From the NCBI RefSeq assembly GCF_009914755.1, contig NC_060936.1: a stretch of DNA of 64,000 bases. One strand, given 5' to 3'. The notes beneath the pieces were generated by a model. That model was not told where the DNA came from and searched no databases. It worked only from the letters and a program-made list of their open reading frames with translations. A program made the translations under genes and the position numbers. The stretch is from the human T2T-CHM13v2.0 reference genome, Homo sapiens. Positions 59,389 to 64,000 of the stretch are shown here, one piece after another; position 1 is the stretch's first letter, and each line of letters begins with the position of its first letter.

Positions 59389-60297
59389 CTGCTAGGGAGA
59401 GTGAGAGCCAGGGAAAAGTCAGGATTCCGGGAATAGGCAGGAATATGTCTCTTCCATACCTGTCCCACCTTGGGTGTTCACTCCTATTGTAACTTTAGTC
59501 ACTGCATTAGCACTTTGAGGGGTTATTTGGTCAGGACACCGCTCCCCACCCCCACCCCATGCCAACAATTATACTCTAAGACACCATTCCTCTTACACAA
59601 TTTATTTGACCAGAGGTGGACCCAACCTGGGTTAGAGTCTCACCTCTGGGAATTTGGAATTGTGATAGCCTCCCCATGTGGTCAGAGCTATTTGTAACAG
59701 TAAAGCTGGAGAGTGGCCGGCCTGTACAACGTGGACTAGAGAGGCAGAGGTGAGGGACAGGAGCACTGACGGTGCTGCAGTCCTGGGCATCAGACCCCTT
59801 CTGTCCGTCCCAGGTTCTGATAATCTCCCCATACCTAGCATCCTTAAAATAATCTTCCTTTTCCCTTTTTGACTTCTGGTCACTTGGATTGCTGTTACTT
59901 GCAATCAAAGAATTCTAACACAGCTATGGTTCTAATTAATTCTAACTAATAGAGCTAATACACTAATAATTCTACCTAGTACAGCTATGTGTGCTGAGAT
60001 GCCCTGGGGCACTACGTTGCATTGGCAGGGGTGCTTTGTTATGTTTGTCTTTTATTTGGTTCAAGTTATTTTGTTGTCTTTGAACAGACTGTGAGAGGGA
60101 TGGGAAAGACTGGTGCTTGGGGTGGCCATCTGACCCCTGATGGACAGGAGACCAGGACAAGCCCACTGGATGAGCCGGAGGGGTCCAGGAGGAGGGAGTT
60201 GAGAGCTCCTGCTAGGGTTGACACATTCTGGTAAGGAGTTCATCTGCTGTCCACCAGGTAGGTGGTGTGCAAATACAACTAAGCATTCATGTTTAAG

Positions 60298-60596
60298 GTT
60301 TTTTTTTAATTTTTTATTTTTCGAGGCAGAGTCTCCATTGCCCAGGCTGGAGTGCAATGGCGCCATCTCGGCTCACTACAACCCCTGCCTCCCAGATTAA
60401 AGTGCTTATCCTCCCTCAGCCTCCTGAGTAGCTGGAATTACAGTCGTGCCTCCACGCCCAGCTAATTTTTGTATTTTTAGTAGAGACGGGGTTTCACCAT
60501 GTTGGCCAGGCTGGTCTCAAACTCCTGACCTCAGGTGATTCACCCGCCTTGGCCTCCCAAAGTGCTGGGATTACAGGCATGAACCACTGCGCCCGG
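60298..60596 (-). mobile_element. AluS
   Basis: TSD ATGTTTAAGGTT. Confidence 0.9.
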
Positions 60597-60845
60597 ACTT
60601 ATGTTTAAGGTTATTTAAAAAGCAAAGCAAAATCCTAACCATGTTGAATTTTTGAATCTGCAGCAGATTCAAATTAATGAATTTAAATCATATATCAGGT
60701 AAAATACTACCTTGACATATTTTGTGATCATACTGAGAGAAAATTAATATAAAGCTAATTCAAAATTTTTTAATTTGTAAATCAAAAGATTAAACCTTGT
60801 TAAAATTTACAAAGAATATGCCACTATAAGAAGAAGTAGCTCAAC

Positions 60846-60851
60846 TTTATT
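60846..60851 (-). terminator. LTA4H polyadenylation signal
   Basis: AATAAA on minus strand ~135 nt after the stop. Confidence 0.8.
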
Positions 60852-60985
60852 TCAGTAAAATCACCAACAAAACAATAAAAAGCCAAAACTAAAAAGACAG
60901 TTTTAATTGTGAGCTGAAGTTTTATATTTCTTTACGAATTCCATTTAAAAAAGAGAAATCTCTAAAATCATCAATACGCAGGTCT

Positions 60986-61103
60986 TTAATCCACTTTTAA
61001 GTCTTTCCCCACCAGCATTGCAGTCACGGGATGCATGCTTGCTTTGTGCTCTTGGTAGGTTCGGACAGCTTGATCATGGGATTTGTCAAAGGCAGCAAGA
61101 TCC
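60986..61103 (-). CDS. LTA4H: LTA4H last exon (coding part)
   Basis: DLAAFDKSHDQAVRTYQEHKASMHPVTAMLVGKDLKVD, stop TAA. Confidence 0.95.
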
Positions 61104-61798
61104 CTGCCAAAAAAGAAAAAATTGAAAAGAAAGAAAGGCGAGAAGGAGACAGAGGAGGAGAAAGGGAGGGAGAGAAGAAAGAAAGGAGGGAAGGGGTTCA
61201 GAGGAAAGGAAAAAGGAAGGAGAAAGAGAATAAGAACACAAGTCAATACCCAAGATTAAATTAAAGGATGTCAGCAGGGGTGACAGCCAGCATCACCCAA
61301 ATAAGGCACCAGTCCCAGCCAATCAGATGGGTATGGTCCTGCCACAGGGTCCCAGAGACCTCCTTCTGTACCAGAGACTGGCCTTTATACTGGCAGATCA
61401 GACATTTTGCAGCAAGTTACAGGGAAGGGCTAGAGTGGCTGGGACCCGTGGCTATTTACCAAGCAGCATGGAAGGATTTTATTATTTGAACAGAGTCCTC
61501 TCATCTCCTGGCTAAATATCAGCCCTGTATGTGAGAGTGAGCCTCAAAGCCTTTCTTTTTAAAAACTGCTTTTAAAAAAAATTTTTTAATCAAGATTTTA
61601 AGAGTATGAAAACACTAAAATTTATATAGAATTTCTGAAAACTTCAAATAATTGAGAATAAAAGTCCTGACCACAGTGAAATAATAAATACATAATAAAT
61701 AATACACGAAATAAATAATAAATACACTAAATAAAAAGGACCTACCATACAAAAGGTAGGATTAGTCATTTTTAATGTAACTACTATAAACATCATAA

Positions 61799-62196
<398 letters not shown>

Positions 62197-62317
62197 TCAA
62201 TTCAAAGCTAGATGGGTTTTAATTAGGGAAAGCATATAAAATATACTTAAAACTTAATTTTGTGGTCACATCAAAAAAGAGATAATGACTTATTTTGCCA
62301 AGTTTTATGATATTATA

Positions 62318-62368
62318 TGGCCATCACTTTTGATGGCCAAAACTGCAATTACTTTTGCACCCACCTAA
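62318..62368. mobile_element. MADE1 (Hsmar1-derived MITE), partial
   Basis: GCCATCACTTTTGATGGCCAAAACTGCAATTACTTTTGCACCCACCTAA; a 16-nt TIR stub TTAGGTTGGTGCAAAA also occurs at 8011. Confidence 0.75.
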
Positions 62369-62956
62369 ATACTTGTGAAGTAAATGAAAAGCAAACAAAA
62401 GTAATCATGGATATTTATGGCATGATTTTTTTTTCCAGAATTTGGACAAAATTCATAAAGACCTTGACTGAGATATTCTTGTATCTTGCTGTCAAGATAC
62501 AACTTATCCCCCTCTCACTAAGCATTCCTTTATTATGTCAAGCAACCTACCCTTGACCTCTATGCAACATTTGAACACAAAAGAGTTAGCTTTATCTGCT
62601 TATTTCTCCTTACATTTAACTTCAGACTCTCTTTCTTGTCTATACCTACCCACCAATTATCTTCTAGTTACCTTTAAAAATCTTTGTGTATATAAGGCTA
62701 TCTTTGATTTATTTCTATTTTATCAGTATCTAACTCTATTTGATCCAAAATAGTAATCCATATATAATGCTTCTAAAAAGAGGAATGAAATTATTTCACA
62801 TTTTAAATATTTATAAGTGTGAATCCCTATTCCAAAATTATACTGATAAACTTTAACAAATTAAAAAATATTGTCATATAGATTACGTTTAAATATTTGA
62901 CAGTTTTCTTCCTGTTTCTTAGATGAATTCAAAGTACGGTCTGAGTGGGTTCTTAC

Positions 62957-63061
62957 TTGAATAAGGGCCGGGTAAACTTCATTCTTCCTTGTTCAGTTGC
63001 CATCTTTAGCGCCAAAGGAATTGCGTCCTCCCACTTGGATTGAATGCAGAGCCGCAGCCAT
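62957..63061 (-). CDS. LTA4H: LTA4H penultimate exon
   Basis: WLRLCIQSKWEDAIPLALKMATEQGRMKFTRPLF (GRMK carboxylate-binding motif). Confidence 0.95.
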
Positions 63062-63303
63062 CTAAAAGGAGGATTTGGGGGGAGCATGGAGTAGAAAATG
63101 AGGAAGGGGCAGGATATGACAGGTATATCTTAATATTACTTCTGTAGTGATATGAATAACCCCACTATAGTTATACTGTACACCACTTTATGGTATGTCT
63201 TGATTCTGAGACTCTCAAATCCTTATATATACAATTTAATAATTGGTGAAGAGAAAGAAGAGGAGCTGGTTCTTGAAAAAGATCATATATTTTTAAAGGT
63301 CTG

Positions 63304-63490
63304 GATCAGGTAGGTGCTCACATACCTTATAAATCCAATTTCTGAAGGAATTAAACTTTGGTTTAAGCCTCACATTACAAATTTGAATTAAGAAAGATCA
63401 GGTAGGTGCTCACATACCTTATACATGCAATTTCTGAAGGAATTAAACTTTGGTTTAAGCCTCACATTACAAATTTGAATTAAGAAAGAT
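63304..63490. repeat. Tandem duplication, 2 x 92 bp, in an LTA4H intron
   Basis: GATCAGGTAGGTGCTCACATACC...TTAAGAAA repeated with 2 mismatches. Confidence 0.92.
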
Positions 63491-63834
63491 TAACATATAA
63501 TAGAATAAAATATTTCTAACTATTCCCATTTCAAAGTAGATTTAGTTGGTTGTGGAGAAAGCCTATTTACCACGGAATCCTTCATTCTAATTTTTTTTTT
63601 TTCTTTTAAGGCAAGAGAGGTTTAGAGCAAAGTCTAACAAAAAGATTAATACTACCAGATTACATATTGCAACTATTCCTTAAATACCACTATAAGTATT
63701 TATATAGAAGCAGTCAGTTTGACAAGGAATTCTCAAGACTCAAGTATGTCTCATACTCTGCATTCCCTTTCTCCATCTTTCAAAGGAGTTTAGTTTTCTG
63801 CTTTCTTCCACAGAGACAAGTTAAAATGATGTAC

Positions 63835-63917
63835 CTGAATCGTATTTCAGAATTGTTAATGGCATTGAAGTTGTACACCTCTTGCATTCGCTTTATGTGC
63901 CCCAATGGAAGAGGTGC
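63835..63917 (-). CDS. LTA4H: LTA4H third-from-last exon (leukotriene A4 hydrolase)
   Basis: APLPLGHIKRMQEVYNFNAINNSEIRF; TAG|GCA and AG|GTACAT. Confidence 0.93.
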
Positions 63918-64000
63918 CTAAGAGCAAAATAAAGAAGTATACCGTATCATTTCAACAGGATTCCTTGGAAGAAAGGAGCTGGAGAGAAATGCATAGCCAG

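Overview
Human (primate) genomic DNA, recognisable from the spliced proteins as the chr12q22-23 locus CCDC38(5' end, -) / AMDHD1(+) / HAL(-) / LTA4H(3' end, -). I reconstructed the complete AMDHD1 CDS (9 exons, 1281 nt, 426 aa imidazolonepropionase) and the complete HAL CDS (20 coding exons, 1974 nt, 657 aa histidine ammonia-lyase, MIO tripeptide A253-S254-G255), with every exon phase consistent, plus the last three LTA4H exons. The rest is mostly Alu/L1/L2/MIR/MER/LTR repeats. No prokaryote-type system (CRISPR etc.) is present. Most notable: two histidine-catabolism genes sit tail-to-tail. HAL has two U12-type (minor spliceosome) introns, a GC-AG last intron and an in-frame uORF separated from the CDS by one TAG. 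A solo LTR12C between the two 3' ends is interrupted by a young AluYg6-type insertion. AMDHD1 coding exon 6 contains a perfect RFX X-box palindrome. The LTA4H last intron has a ~230-nt AG-exclusion zone. The CCDC38/AMDHD1 bidirectional promoter contains a degenerate ~67-bp minisatellite. Some of these may already be catalogued; I cannot query databases.
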